The translations under genes and the position numbers were made by a program. A DNA stretch of 64,000 nt, from assembly GCA_965227515.1 (NCBI GenBank), contig CBDDFZ010000002.1, positions 1,216,001 through 1,280,000 of the forward strand, given 5' to 3'. Below are positions 39,694-49,746 of this stretch, in pieces (within the stretch, counting starts at the first letter, position 1; every line of letters begins with the position of its first letter). The DNA is from Alphaproteobacteria bacterium (GTDB lineage: Bacteria > Pseudomonadota > Alphaproteobacteria > CALKHQ01). The notes under the pieces are model-generated. The model saw only the letters and a list, made by a program, of their open reading frames with translations, was not told the DNA's origin and did not search any database.

Positions 39694-40437
39694 TCAGGCG
39701 TGCTCGATCGCGCCGGTGATCAGGCCGGTCACTTCTTCAGGCGAACTGTCCTTGATCGGCTTGTCGGCGACCACGCGGCCGCGGCGCATCACCACGATCC
39801 GGTCGCACACCGCGAACACGTCGGGCATGCGGTGGCTGATCAGGATGATGGCAATGCCGCTGTCGCGCAGGCGCTTGATCAGTTCCAGCACCTCGTGCAC
39901 CTGGCGCACGCTGATGGCGGCCGTCGGCTCGTCCATCAGGATCAGCTTGGCGTCGATCAGGCGCGTGCGTGCGATGGCGACCGCCTGGCGCTGGCCGCCG
40001 GACATCCGCTTGACCGGATCGCTGGCCCGGGTCTCCGACTTCAGCTCGTCGAACAGCGCGCGCGAGCGCCGGCGCATCACGCCGTACTTCAGCACCTGGA
40101 TGAACCCGGCCAGCCACTTCCGCTCCTCGCGGGCCAGGAAGACGTTGTCCGAGGCTGTCAGGTTGTCGCACAGCGCCAGGTCCTGATAGACGACCTCGAT
40201 CCCCCGGGCGCGGGATTCCGACGGACGGTGGAAATGAACGACATGGTCTTCCAGCCGCATCTCGCCGCCGTCTGGCGGGAAGTTGCCGGAGATCATCTTC
40301 ACCAATGTGGACTTGCCGGCGCCGTTGTCGCCCATCAGGCCGACGACTTCACCAGGCTCGATGTGGAAATCTACGCCACCCACCGCTTCGATCGCACCGA
40401 AGCGCTTGACGATTCCTGACATCGTCAGAAGCGACAC
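39694..40437 (-). CDS. Sugar ABC transporter ATP-binding protein (single domain)
   Basis: GDNGAGKS, MSGGQRQ, MDEPT. Confidence 0.92.
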   Translation of the reverse strand: MSLLTMSGIVKRFGAIEAVGGVDFHIEPGEVVGLMGDNGAGKSTLVKMISGNFPPDGGEMRLEDHVVHFHRPSESRARGIEVVYQDLALCDNLTASDNVFLAREERKWLAGFIQVLKYGVMRRRSRALFDELKSETRASDPVKRMSGGQRQAVAIARTRLIDAKLILMDEPTAAISVRQVHEVLELIKRLRDSGIAIILISHRMPDVFAVCDRIVVMRRGRVVADKPIKDSSPEEVTGLITGAIEHA

Positions 40438-40648
40438 TCATCCTCCCCCTGCGGTGTATGTAACGCCGCTATTCTTGTTACTGGCCGTTTGGCGCCCCAA
40501 AGATGCTCACGCGTCCGTGCGAGTCAAGCAAATGGTGCGCGCGGCAGCGCCTGTGGACATGGCCGGTTGCGCGGTTGGGAGCGGGCGGCAATGATGAGCC
40601 GCAACACGTGGCGGGAATGGCCGCCCACCAACGGTCGGGAGCAGCGCG

Positions 40649-41491
40649 TTGTCACTGGAGACCATCAGCGAACAGAAATGCTTCGGCGGTGTGCAGGGGT
40701 TCTACCGCCATGCGTCGGCGGCCACCGGTACCGACATGCAGTTTGCCGTCTATCGTCCGCCGCAAGCGAAAAGCGGTCCGGTGCCGGTGGTGACCTATCT
40801 TGCCGGCCTGACCTGTACCGAGGAGACGGCGACCATCAAGGCGGGTGCCCAGCGGCTCGCCTCCGAACTTGGGTTGATGCTGGTGATGCCGGACACCAGC
40901 CCGCGCGGCGCCGGCATCGAAGGCGAGGATGTGGATTGGGACTTCGGCACCGGGGCCGGCTTCTATCTCGACGCCACGGAGCCGCCGTGGGCCACGAACT
41001 ACCGCATGTACACCTACGTCACCGAGGAACTGCGCGGCCTGATCGAAGAGAGCTTTCCGGCCCGCGCCGATGCGCAGGGCATCGTCGGCCACTCCATGGG
41101 CGGCCACGGCGCGCTGACCATCGCGCTGAAGAACCCGGACCGCTACCGCTCGGTCTCCGCCTTCGCGCCGATCTGCGCGCCCAGCCAGTGCCCGTGGGGC
41201 GAAAAGGCGTTCAGCAACTACCTGGGCGATGATCGTGACGCATGGGCCGCGTATGACGCCACCAAGTTGGTCGCCACCGGCGCCACACATCATGAGATCC
41301 TGATCGACCAGGGCGAGGACGACCAGTTTCTGGCCGCACAACTGCACCCGCACCTGTTCCAGGCAGAGTGCGAGAAGGTGGGGCAGGCGTGCGAGGTCCG
41401 TATGCAAGCCGGCTACGACCACAGCTACTATTTCATCCAGACCTTCATGGCCGACCACCTGCACCATCACGCCTGGCTGTTGAACGGCTGA
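40649..41491 (+). CDS. fghA: S-formylglutathione hydrolase
   Basis: LAGLTC, PDTSPRG, GHSMGG, GYDHSYYFI. Confidence 0.93.
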   Translation: MSLETISEQKCFGGVQGFYRHASAATGTDMQFAVYRPPQAKSGPVPVVTYLAGLTCTEETATIKAGAQRLASELGLMLVMPDTSPRGAGIEGEDVDWDFGTGAGFYLDATEPPWATNYRMYTYVTEELRGLIEESFPARADAQGIVGHSMGGHGALTIALKNPDRYRSVSAFAPICAPSQCPWGEKAFSNYLGDDRDAWAAYDATKLVATGATHHEILIDQGEDDQFLAAQLHPHLFQAECEKVGQACEVRMQAGYDHSYYFIQTFMADHLHHHAWLLNG

Positions 41492-41504
41492 GAGGAACCG
41501 AGCC

Positions 41505-42239
41505 ATGTCCGCGCCGGCCAAGCCCATCCTGGTGTTCCAGCACATCGCGTGCGAGCACCCGGGCGTGTTCCGCGATTTCCTGGCCGAGGACGGCATCGCC
41601 TGGCAGCCTGTCGAGCTGGACGAGGGCGAGCCGATCCCGCCGCTGGAGGACTATGCCGCGCTGTGGGTGATGGGCGGGCCGATGGACGTGTGGGAGGAGG
41701 CGGATCACCCCTGGCTGGTGCCGGAGAAGGCGGCGATCCGCACCGCGGTGGCCGACCTGAAGATGCCGTTCTTCGGGCTTTGCCTGGGCCACCAGCTTCT
41801 CGCCGACGCGCTGGGCGGCAAGGCCGGGCCGGGCACGCCGGAGATCGGCATTCTGGATGTGCGGCTGACGGCGGCGGGCCGCGCCAATCCCTTCACCTCC
41901 GGTATCGATCCCCATGGGCGTTGCCTGCAATGGCACGGTGCCGAGGTGCAGCAGGCGCCGCCGGGTGCGGTGGTGCTGGCCGAATCGGATGCCTGCGCCG
42001 TCCAGGCGATGGCCATCGGCGAAACCGCGTTCTCGCTGCAGTATCATGTCGAGTTGACGCCGACGACGGTGAGCGACTGGTGGGCAGTGCCCGGCTATCG
42101 CGCGGCGCTGGAGCGCAGCCTGGGTGCCGACGCGTTCGACACCCTGAAGGCGGAGGCCGATGCCAACCTGCCGCGCTTCACCGCCGAGGCCCGCCGCCTC
42201 TACGACAACTTCATGGCCACGACCGGGCTCAAGACCTAA
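41505..42239 (+). CDS. Type 1 glutamine amidotransferase
   Basis: MGGPM, GLCLGHQ, WHG, QYHVE. Confidence 0.88.
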   Translation: MSAPAKPILVFQHIACEHPGVFRDFLAEDGIAWQPVELDEGEPIPPLEDYAALWVMGGPMDVWEEADHPWLVPEKAAIRTAVADLKMPFFGLCLGHQLLADALGGKAGPGTPEIGILDVRLTAAGRANPFTSGIDPHGRCLQWHGAEVQQAPPGAVVLAESDACAVQAMAIGETAFSLQYHVELTPTTVSDWWAVPGYRAALERSLGADAFDTLKAEADANLPRFTAEARRLYDNFMATTGLKT

Positions 42240-43318
42240 TCAAACACCACCACGTTGCGCAGGGCGGTGCCGGTGCGCGAGGCGGCGATGGCATCGTTGA
42301 TCTCGGCCAGCCGGAACCGGCCGGAGACGAGCTCGTCCAGCTTCAAGCGCCCAGCGCGATAGTGCTGCACCAACACCGGGATGTCGCGCGCCAGCACGGT
42401 CGAGCCCATCTTGCTGGCCAGGATGCGCTGGCCGGCGCCGACAAAATCGGCCGCCTCGATCTGCACTGCCGCGCCGGACGGCGGCATGCCGACCACGACC
42501 ATGGTGCCGCCGCGCCGGATCAGCCCCAGACCATCCTCGATCGCCCTGGCATGGCCGACCGCGATGAAGACGTAGTCGAGGCCGACCCCGCCGGTCATCT
42601 CGGCCACCGTGCCGGCGACGTCGCCCGAGCCGGCGTTGACCGCGTCCGTCGCCCCGAACGCGCGCGCGGTCGCCAGCTTGGTGTCGATCAGGTCGACGGC
42701 GAGAATGCGCTCGGCACCAGCCAGCACGCCGCCCTGCACGCAGTTCAGCCCGACGCCGCCGACCCCGACAACGGCCATCTTGGCGCCGGCCGGGACCTGG
42801 GCCGTCCGCAGCACGGCGCCGACGCCGGTGATGACGCCGCAGGCGAGGAGGGAGGCCGAGGGCGGCGGGATATCGTCCGGGATACCGACGACCTGCGACG
42901 CGTGCACGACCACCGCCTCGGCAAAGGCGCCGGTGTACATCGCCTGGTGCAGGTCGCTGCCATCGGCTGAGGCGAGCGGGCCAGCGCGCTCGCCGTTGGG
43001 CGCGGTCTGGCACAGATACGGCGCCTGGTCGGCGCACACCGCGCAGTGCCCGCAGGATCGCAGCAGCGTAACCACCACCGGCGTGCCCGGCATCACGCCC
43101 GACACGCCCTCGCCGATGGCCTCCACCACGCCGGTCGCCTCGTGGCCGTAGACGGCAGGCAACGTGCCGCCCCAGGCGCCGTCCATGTAGAGGATGTCGC
43201 TGTGGCAGATCGCGCATGCGCTCAGCCGCACCCGCACTTCCTGCGGCCCGGGCGCGCGCAGGCCAACTGTTTCAATCGATAATGGTGCGCCAAACGCGCG
43301 GCAGACGGCAGCTTTCAT
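42236..43318 (-). CDS. Zn-dependent alcohol dehydrogenase (class III-like)
   Basis: CHSD, GHE, CGHCAVC..C, GVGGVG. Confidence 0.9.
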   Translation of the reverse strand: MKAAVCRAFGAPLSIETVGLRAPGPQEVRVRLSACAICHSDILYMDGAWGGTLPAVYGHEATGVVEAIGEGVSGVMPGTPVVVTLLRSCGHCAVCADQAPYLCQTAPNGERAGPLASADGSDLHQAMYTGAFAEAVVVHASQVVGIPDDIPPPSASLLACGVITGVGAVLRTAQVPAGAKMAVVGVGGVGLNCVQGGVLAGAERILAVDLIDTKLATARAFGATDAVNAGSGDVAGTVAEMTGGVGLDYVFIAVGHARAIEDGLGLIRRGGTMVVVGMPPSGAAVQIEAADFVGAGQRILASKMGSTVLARDIPVLVQHYRAGRLKLDELVSGRFRLAEINDAIAASRTGTALRNVVVFD

Positions 43319-43408
43319 GCGGATAGGCCCGGTCGATGCGGAACCGGCAGGTTGTGCCGCACCTCGGCCCCGACCGCAATGGCCGAACGAACGCAGGTTG
43401 CGGCAGGA

Positions 43409-43435
43409 TGTCGAAATCGAACGGCCGTTCGCGTC
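43409..43435 (+). promoter_or_regulatory. Putative ECF42-type promoter
   Basis: TGTCGA-N17-CGTC upstream of the YCII gene. Confidence 0.6.
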
Positions 43436-43510
43436 ATCTGTATGGAGCGCCGGTTGTCGCCACACGCGATGCGGGCTCCGCCACGCCAACGGAGACGAGA
43501 CGAGGGAACG

Positions 43511-43864
43511 ATGTCGTACATGATGATGATCTACGAGACGACCGATGCCATTGCTGCGCGCAGCGACGCGGCGAAGCAGGCCGAGTACTGGGGGGCGTGG
43601 GGCGCCTATCACAAGGCGCTGCAGGATGCCGGCGTCATCACCGGCGGTGCCTCGCTGCAGGGCGGGCACACCGGCACCACGCTACGTGTCCGTGACGGCA
43701 AGCGCGAGGTGCAGGACGGCCCCTATGCCGACACCAAGGAACAGCTCGGCGGCTATATGATCTTCGACGTGCCGGATTTGGACAGCGCGCTCGACTGGGC
43801 GGCGCGTTGCCCGGCGGCGGAATACGGCGCGGTCGAGGTGCGCCCGATCCACAAGATGGAGTAG
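43511..43864 (+). CDS. YCII/DGPF-domain protein
   Basis: DGPYADTKEQLGGY, WAARCP, VEVRP. Confidence 0.9.
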   Translation: MSYMMMIYETTDAIAARSDAAKQAEYWGAWGAYHKALQDAGVITGGASLQGGHTGTTLRVRDGKREVQDGPYADTKEQLGGYMIFDVPDLDSALDWAARCPAAEYGAVEVRPIHKME

Positions 43865-43892
43865 GGCGCGCGCATTTGCGAAAGGATGCAGG

Positions 43893-45152
43893 GTGGGTGA
43901 CGGCGACGACGGGCGGGACGCACGGCAGGCGGCGGCTGACGCTGCCCGTGCATCCTACGGCCGGCTCGTTGCCTACCTCGCCGCGCGCTCGCGCGATGTG
44001 GCCGCCGCGGAGGATGCGCTGGGCGACGCCTTCCGCGCGGCCGTGCAGACCTGGCCCCGCGACGGGGTGCCGGATCGGCCGGAGGCCTGGCTGTTGGCCG
44101 CCGCGCGCAACCGGGTGAGCGATCTCGCCCGCCGCCACGCCGTGCGCGATGCGGCCATGCCGGCGCTCGCGCAGTTGACCGAGGAGGCGGCGGCAAGGGT
44201 GGGCGATGACTCCTTCCCCGACGACCGCCTGAAGCTGATGTTCGTCTGCGCCCATCCCGCCATCGACCCTGGCGTGCGCACCCCGCTGATGCTGCAGGTG
44301 GTGCTGGGCCTGGATGCGGCGCGCATCGCGTCCGCTTTCCTGGTCGCACCGGCTGCTATGGGCCAGCGCCTGGTGCGGGCGAAGGCGAAGATCCGCGATG
44401 CCGGCCTGCGCTTTGCGGTGCCGGGACGCGGCGAGCTCGATGAGCGGCTGGCGGGTGTACTCGATGCCATCTACGCCGCCTATGGCACGGGCTGGGAGGA
44501 CGCGGCCGGCGCCGATCCCCGTCGCAGCGGGTTGGCGGACGAGGCGCTGTGGCTGGCGTCGCTGGTGGTCGACCTGCTGCCCGACGCGCCCGAGGCGCAT
44601 GGCCTGCTGGCGCTGATGCTGTACTGCGAGGCCCGTCGCGATGCGCGCCGCACCGCGGCCGGGGCCTATGTGCCCTTGTCGGAGCAGAACACGGCACGCT
44701 GGTCGATGCCGATGATCGCGCGCGCCGAAGCAGCGCTTGGCCATGCCGCGCGCCAGGGTCGGCTCGGCCGCTATCAGCTTGAGGCGGCGATCCAGTCGGC
44801 CCACACCGCCGGCCGCATCCAGGGCCATATCGAGTGGCGCGCGGTGGTCGATCTCTACGACCGGCTGGTCGACCTGGCCCCCACGGTCGGCGCGCTGGTC
44901 AGCCGCGCGGCCGCCGTCGCCGAGGTGCATGGCCCGGCGGCGGGACTTGAGGCGCTCGCGGAACTGCCGGATGCGCGGGTTGCCACCTACCAGCCGTTTT
45001 GGGCGCTGCGCGCCCATCTGCTCGCCGGACATGGCAAGGCAGGCGAGGCAGCCGATGCCTATGAGCAGGCCATAGGCCTGGCCGAGGATCCGGCGGTGCG
45101 ACGGTTTCTCATGGACAGGAAGACGAATGTGGCGGCACCATGGACCCTGTGA
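43893..45152 (+). CDS. ECF sigma factor with C-terminal extension (ECF42-like)
   Basis: AEDALGDAF, FVCAHPAID, QRLVRAK, GRYQLEAAIQ. Confidence 0.9.
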   Translation: MGDGDDGRDARQAAADAARASYGRLVAYLAARSRDVAAAEDALGDAFRAAVQTWPRDGVPDRPEAWLLAAARNRVSDLARRHAVRDAAMPALAQLTEEAAARVGDDSFPDDRLKLMFVCAHPAIDPGVRTPLMLQVVLGLDAARIASAFLVAPAAMGQRLVRAKAKIRDAGLRFAVPGRGELDERLAGVLDAIYAAYGTGWEDAAGADPRRSGLADEALWLASLVVDLLPDAPEAHGLLALMLYCEARRDARRTAAGAYVPLSEQNTARWSMPMIARAEAALGHAARQGRLGRYQLEAAIQSAHTAGRIQGHIEWRAVVDLYDRLVDLAPTVGALVSRAAAVAEVHGPAAGLEALAELPDARVATYQPFWALRAHLLAGHGKAGEAADAYEQAIGLAEDPAVRRFLMDRKTNVAAPWTL

Positions 45153-45314
45153 CCCACGTCACAGAAAAAGTCATGGCTTTCCCAGAACTCGCCTCAATTG
45201 CCTCCCAACTGGATGAACCGAGACCGGCGTGTCATCGACCCACTCGCACGAAGCGTACTGATCCAACGAGACCCACGGCCTGCGGCGGCCGACAGAAATA
45301 ATGGAGCTTGACCC

Positions 45315-45977
45315 ATGCGGAAGATCCCAACCCTTGCGATTGCGTGCGTAATTGGCCTGGTTCCCTTGACGGCGAAGGCCTTTGAGGCGGCCGACGTGAA
45401 CGCGACGCTGACCTACGGCTCGTGCCCGGAATGCGATCTGGCGGGTGCCGATCTCGGCTATGCGACGCTTGGCGGCGCCGACTTCACCGGCGCGGACATG
45501 GAGCAGACCAACCTGGGCAGCGCCAATCTGCAGGGCACCAACCTCAGCGAGGTCGACCTGAGCCTGGCCAACCTGACCTACGCCAACCTGAACAACGCCA
45601 ACCTGACCGAGGCGTCGGCTGGCAACGCCAGCTTCGCCAACGCCCAACTGCGCGGCGCGGTGCTGTTTGGCGCCGATCTGGACGGCGCCAACTTCGCCAG
45701 CGCGATCCTGGAAGGCGCGGACCTGCGCGAAGCCAGCGTCGACGAGGCCAACTTCTCGGCCGCCAATCTGGCGCGCGCCAACCTGCAGGAAGTCGATTTC
45801 GACGGTGTGAACCTGTGGTCGGCCAATCTGCAGGGCGCGAACCTGGTCGGCACCGACCTGTCGGATGCGCTGTACCTGGAGACCGCCAACCTGGCGGACG
45901 CGCGCTGCAACGAGGAAACTGAGATTCCGAGCCACATCGGCTGGCAGTGCGTCGTCGGCCGCATGCAGTTCAAGTAG
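45315..45977 (+). CDS. Secreted pentapeptide-repeat protein
   Basis: Signal peptide, CPECDL, tandem A(D/N)Lxx repeats. Confidence 0.9.
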   Translation: MRKIPTLAIACVIGLVPLTAKAFEAADVNATLTYGSCPECDLAGADLGYATLGGADFTGADMEQTNLGSANLQGTNLSEVDLSLANLTYANLNNANLTEASAGNASFANAQLRGAVLFGADLDGANFASAILEGADLREASVDEANFSAANLARANLQEVDFDGVNLWSANLQGANLVGTDLSDALYLETANLADARCNEETEIPSHIGWQCVVGRMQFK

Positions 45978-46119
45978 GGCCGGAGCCGACTTCAGCTCAA
46001 GCTGACACAGCCTAACTCACGCCGTCGGTGGCAACGCCGGCGGCGTGTTTGGTTTTGGCAGCCGGTCACGCAATCGTCTAAGTTCCGGCGGAACCCATCA
46101 TCACCGCCGAACCCGCTTG

Positions 46120-46938
46120 ATGCCCGAATCCTCCGTTCCGCCGGCCGATGCCGCAACCCTGCTCGGCGTGGGCGACCCGCCGCCGTTCGAGGCCGTCCGC
46201 GCGACGTCGGACGTGCCGCTGGTGATCGTCTGCGACCACGCTTCCAATCGCATCCCGACGGCGCTCGGCGACCTCGGCCTGACCGAAGAGCAGCGGCGTC
46301 AGCACATCGCCTGGGATATCGGCGCCGCGGAGGTCGCCTACCGGTTGGCGCACCGCTATGGCGCCGGGCTTCTTCTCGGCAACTACTCGCGGCTGGTGAT
46401 CGATCTCAACCGCCATCCGCCGGATGCCGCGGCGATGCGGGCGGACAGCGATGGTGTGGCGGTGCCCGGTAACGCCGACCTCAGCTTCGATGCGCGCCAG
46501 GCGCGGGTCAGCGAGATTCACCGCCCATACCACACCCGCATCGCCGAATACCTGGACGATCTGCTGGTGCATGGGGTGCGGCCACTGTTCCTGGCCGTGC
46601 ATTCGATGACCGACCAGCTTTCCGACGGTCACCATCGGCCGCAGCAGATCGCCTTCTGCTGGGCCGAGGATGCGCGCTGGATGCGGGCCGCCAGCAAGGT
46701 GCTGGAGGCGAACGGCGACATCGTCGTCGGCGACAACGTGCCCTACGCCATCGACTTCACCGACTACACGGTGCCGGAGCACGCCATGCGGCGCGGCCTG
46801 CCGCATTTGCAGGTCGAGTTTCGCCAGGACCTGATCGCAACGCCCGCCGACGCCGCCACATGGGCGGACCGGTTCGTGCCGGCGCTCGATGCCGTGCTCG
46901 GCGATGCGGCCCTGATGGCCGAGGGGAAACGGTATTGA
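46120..46938 (+). CDS. N-formylglutamate amidohydrolase family protein
   Basis: CDHASN, HIAWDIG, SRLVIDLNR, PYH, VEFRQDLI. Confidence 0.88.
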   Translation: MPESSVPPADAATLLGVGDPPPFEAVRATSDVPLVIVCDHASNRIPTALGDLGLTEEQRRQHIAWDIGAAEVAYRLAHRYGAGLLLGNYSRLVIDLNRHPPDAAAMRADSDGVAVPGNADLSFDARQARVSEIHRPYHTRIAEYLDDLLVHGVRPLFLAVHSMTDQLSDGHHRPQQIAFCWAEDARWMRAASKVLEANGDIVVGDNVPYAIDFTDYTVPEHAMRRGLPHLQVEFRQDLIATPADAATWADRFVPALDAVLGDAALMAEGKRY

Positions 46939-48980
46939 GCGGCCGCGACCCGCGCTTCGACATCCTGTTCGAGCCGGTGCAGATCGGCCCGGTGACCGCG
47001 CGCAACCGCTTCTATCAGGTGCCCCACTGCAACGGCATGGGCCATGTCCACCCCAAGGCGATGGCGGCGATGCGCGGCGTGAAGGCCGAGGGCGGATGGG
47101 CCGTCGTGTCGACCGAGGAGGTGGAGGTCGACGTCTATTCCGATATCAGCCCCTACATCGAAGGCAGGCTGTGGGACGACGGCGACATCGCCTATCACGC
47201 CGCGATGGTGGAGGCGGTGCATGCCCACGGTGCGCTGGCGGCGATCGAGCTGGTCCACCAGGGGCTGGCCTGCGCCAACCTGACCAGCCGTGAGCTGCCG
47301 ATGGGGCCGTCCGGCGGACCGGTGAACCCGATGCATCCGGTGGCCGCGCGCACCATGACGCTGGACGACATCGCGGCCGCGCGCCGGCGCCATCGCGAAG
47401 CGGTCGAGCGGTCGGTCCGCGCCGGCTACGACATTGTCTATGTCTATGCCGGCCACGACTTGGCCTTACCGATGCATTTCCTGCTGCCGCGCTACAACCA
47501 GCGCGACGACCGCTATGGCGGCTCCCTGGAGAACCGGGTGCGCTTCCTGCGCGAGATGCTGGAGGACACGGCGGAGGTGCTGGACGGGCGCGCCGCCTTG
47601 GCGCTGCGCATCTCGCTGGACGAACTGCGCGGCGCGGACGGCATGCAGTCCAGCGGCGAGATGCGCGACATCGTCGGCATGCTGGCCGAACTGCCGGACC
47701 TGTGGGACGTGGCGCTGTCCGACTGGTCGAACGACAGCCAGACCGCGCGTTTCGCTGAGGAAGGTTTCCAGGAAGCACATTTCGGCTTCGTCAAGTCGCT
47801 GACCAGCAAGCCGGTGGTCGGCGTCGGCCGCTACACGTCGCCCGACCGCATGGCGTCCCTGGTGCGCAAGGGCGTGCTCGATCTGATCGGGGCGGCGCGG
47901 CCGTCCATCGCCGATCCCTTCCTGCCGGCGAAGATCGAGGCCGGGCGCGTGGACGACATCCGCGAGTGCATCGGCTGCAATATCTGCGTCTCCGGCGACA
48001 TGACGATGACGCCGATCCGCTGCACCCAGAACCCGACCATGGGCGAGGAATGGCGCAAGGGCTGGCATCCCGAGCGTTTGCCGACGGCCACGTCGGACGA
48101 CACCGTGCTGGTGGTCGGTGCCGGCCCGGCGGGGCTGGAGTGCGCCCGCGCACTCGGCCAGCGCGGTACGCCCGTGGTGCTGGCGGAGGCGGGCACGGCA
48201 CTTGGCGGGCGGGCGAAGGCGGAGGCGACGCTGCCGGGGCTGGCGAGCTACGGCCGGGTCGCCGACTACCGCATCCAGCAGCTTCAGCAGATGGCGAATG
48301 TGGAGGTCTATCTGGACAGCCGCCTCGGCGCCGAGGACGTGATCGGCTTCGGCTTCCCGCACATCGTGCTGGCGACCGGGTCGACATGGCGGCGCGATGG
48401 CGCCGGCCGCGCCGCGCGCGTGGGTTTTCAGGTTGCCGATGGCCTGCCGGTGTTCACGCCCGACGACGTCATGGCCGGCAAGCTGCCGCCGCCGGGCCGG
48501 GTGCTGGTGTTCGACGACGACCACTACTACATGGGCGGCGTCGTGGCCGAGCGGCTGGTCGACGCCGGTTGCACCGTGACCATGATGACGACCGCACCGG
48601 TGGTGTCGCAATGGACGGTGCACACGCTGGAGCAGCATCGCATTCAGGCCGGGCTTCTGGCGCGCGGGGTAACGCTGCTGACCGGGCGGCGGCCGGTCGG
48701 CTTCGGCCCGGTCACGCGGCATGCGTGCGTCTACAGCAGCGCTGAGGACAAGATCGACGTCGACGCGGTGGTGATGGTGACGTCGCGCGCGCCCGACGAT
48801 GCGCTCCACCAGGCACTTCTGGACACGGTAGGCGAGGGGACGCCGCCCTGGGCAAGTCTGCGGGTGATCGGCGATGCGGCAGCGCCGGGCACCGTCGCTG
48901 CCGCTGTCTATGCCGGTCACAAGGCCGCGCGCGCCCACGATGCGCCGCCTGCCGCCGAGGTGCCGTTCCGCCGCGAGTAG
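46935..48980 (+). CDS. Histamine/trimethylamine dehydrogenase-family iron-sulfur flavoprotein
   Basis: NRFYQVPHCNGMG (cysteinyl-FMN Cys), YAGH, CIGCNIC..C 4Fe-4S, VGAGPAG; TTG start overlaps the upstream stop. Confidence 0.88.
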   Translation: MSGRDPRFDILFEPVQIGPVTARNRFYQVPHCNGMGHVHPKAMAAMRGVKAEGGWAVVSTEEVEVDVYSDISPYIEGRLWDDGDIAYHAAMVEAVHAHGALAAIELVHQGLACANLTSRELPMGPSGGPVNPMHPVAARTMTLDDIAAARRRHREAVERSVRAGYDIVYVYAGHDLALPMHFLLPRYNQRDDRYGGSLENRVRFLREMLEDTAEVLDGRAALALRISLDELRGADGMQSSGEMRDIVGMLAELPDLWDVALSDWSNDSQTARFAEEGFQEAHFGFVKSLTSKPVVGVGRYTSPDRMASLVRKGVLDLIGAARPSIADPFLPAKIEAGRVDDIRECIGCNICVSGDMTMTPIRCTQNPTMGEEWRKGWHPERLPTATSDDTVLVVGAGPAGLECARALGQRGTPVVLAEAGTALGGRAKAEATLPGLASYGRVADYRIQQLQQMANVEVYLDSRLGAEDVIGFGFPHIVLATGSTWRRDGAGRAARVGFQVADGLPVFTPDDVMAGKLPPPGRVLVFDDDHYYMGGVVAERLVDAGCTVTMMTTAPVVSQWTVHTLEQHRIQAGLLARGVTLLTGRRPVGFGPVTRHACVYSSAEDKIDVDAVVMVTSRAPDDALHQALLDTVGEGTPPWASLRVIGDAAAPGTVAAAVYAGHKAARAHDAPPAAEVPFRRE

Positions 48981-49154
48981 ATGCCGCGCGGGACGGACAC
49001 AACACCCCGCGCCCGCCATCTATTCCCGGAGAATAAAAAAAGAATTTTCTCTGGATAGCCGGAATAAAGCCGTTTGCATTGGTGTTCTGCATACAACAAC
49101 GCAAAACAGCGGGGGTCCGAGTGGTCCTTTCACAGGAGCAAACGGAGCAGAACG

Positions 49155-49676
49155 ATGCCGAACTACACCATGACCCGTGTCGTCAATCCTTCCAGTTTTA
49201 CGCCCAGCGCAGCCTTCCAGCGCCAGAATTTCAATCAGGCGCAACGCACCAACCGCGGCAATGGCCTGGCCGAGGCCATGCAGAGCATCGGTGGCTGGAT
49301 CGACGGGTACCTGCTGGATGCGGAGCAAAAGGAAGTCTTCGACAGCCTGCAGTTTGAAATCGAAAAGGCGCTTGGCGGCAATGTCGTCGGCGGGGCCCTG
49401 GTAGCTCTGTACAGGTACCAAGACCCGTCGACGGGACGCCGTCGCTATACCTTCGGCGCACTGCTCGGTGTCGGCTTTACCTTCCAGTCGGCTTACCATG
49501 AATATCTTTGCGGCAAGCGCAAGTCCATGGGCAACCATATCGAGCTGAACATCATGACCAAGGAATACTATTGGATCCAAAAGACATCGCCGAACAGCGT
49601 CAACATGCCTTCGCTGTCCAAGGGCATCTTCACCGAGAATGCCAAGCTCAAGAGTTTTGATCCGCTGACCAACTGA
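49155..49676 (+). CDS. Hypothetical protein (lower GC)
   Basis: 173-aa ORF, GGAG RBS, AT-rich upstream region; no recognised motif. Confidence 0.65.
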   Translation: MPNYTMTRVVNPSSFTPSAAFQRQNFNQAQRTNRGNGLAEAMQSIGGWIDGYLLDAEQKEVFDSLQFEIEKALGGNVVGGALVALYRYQDPSTGRRRYTFGALLGVGFTFQSAYHEYLCGKRKSMGNHIELNIMTKEYYWIQKTSPNSVNMPSLSKGIFTENAKLKSFDPLTN

Positions 49677-49746
49677 CCAACTGACTGACTGGTCGAAGGA
49701 CAGGGTGCTGGCCGCCGTTGGTCGAGCGCCCGTCCTTATTGCGGGG

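Noticed and set aside
45430-45905. 15-bp periodic DNA repeats
   Set aside because: Explained by pentapeptide-repeat coding.
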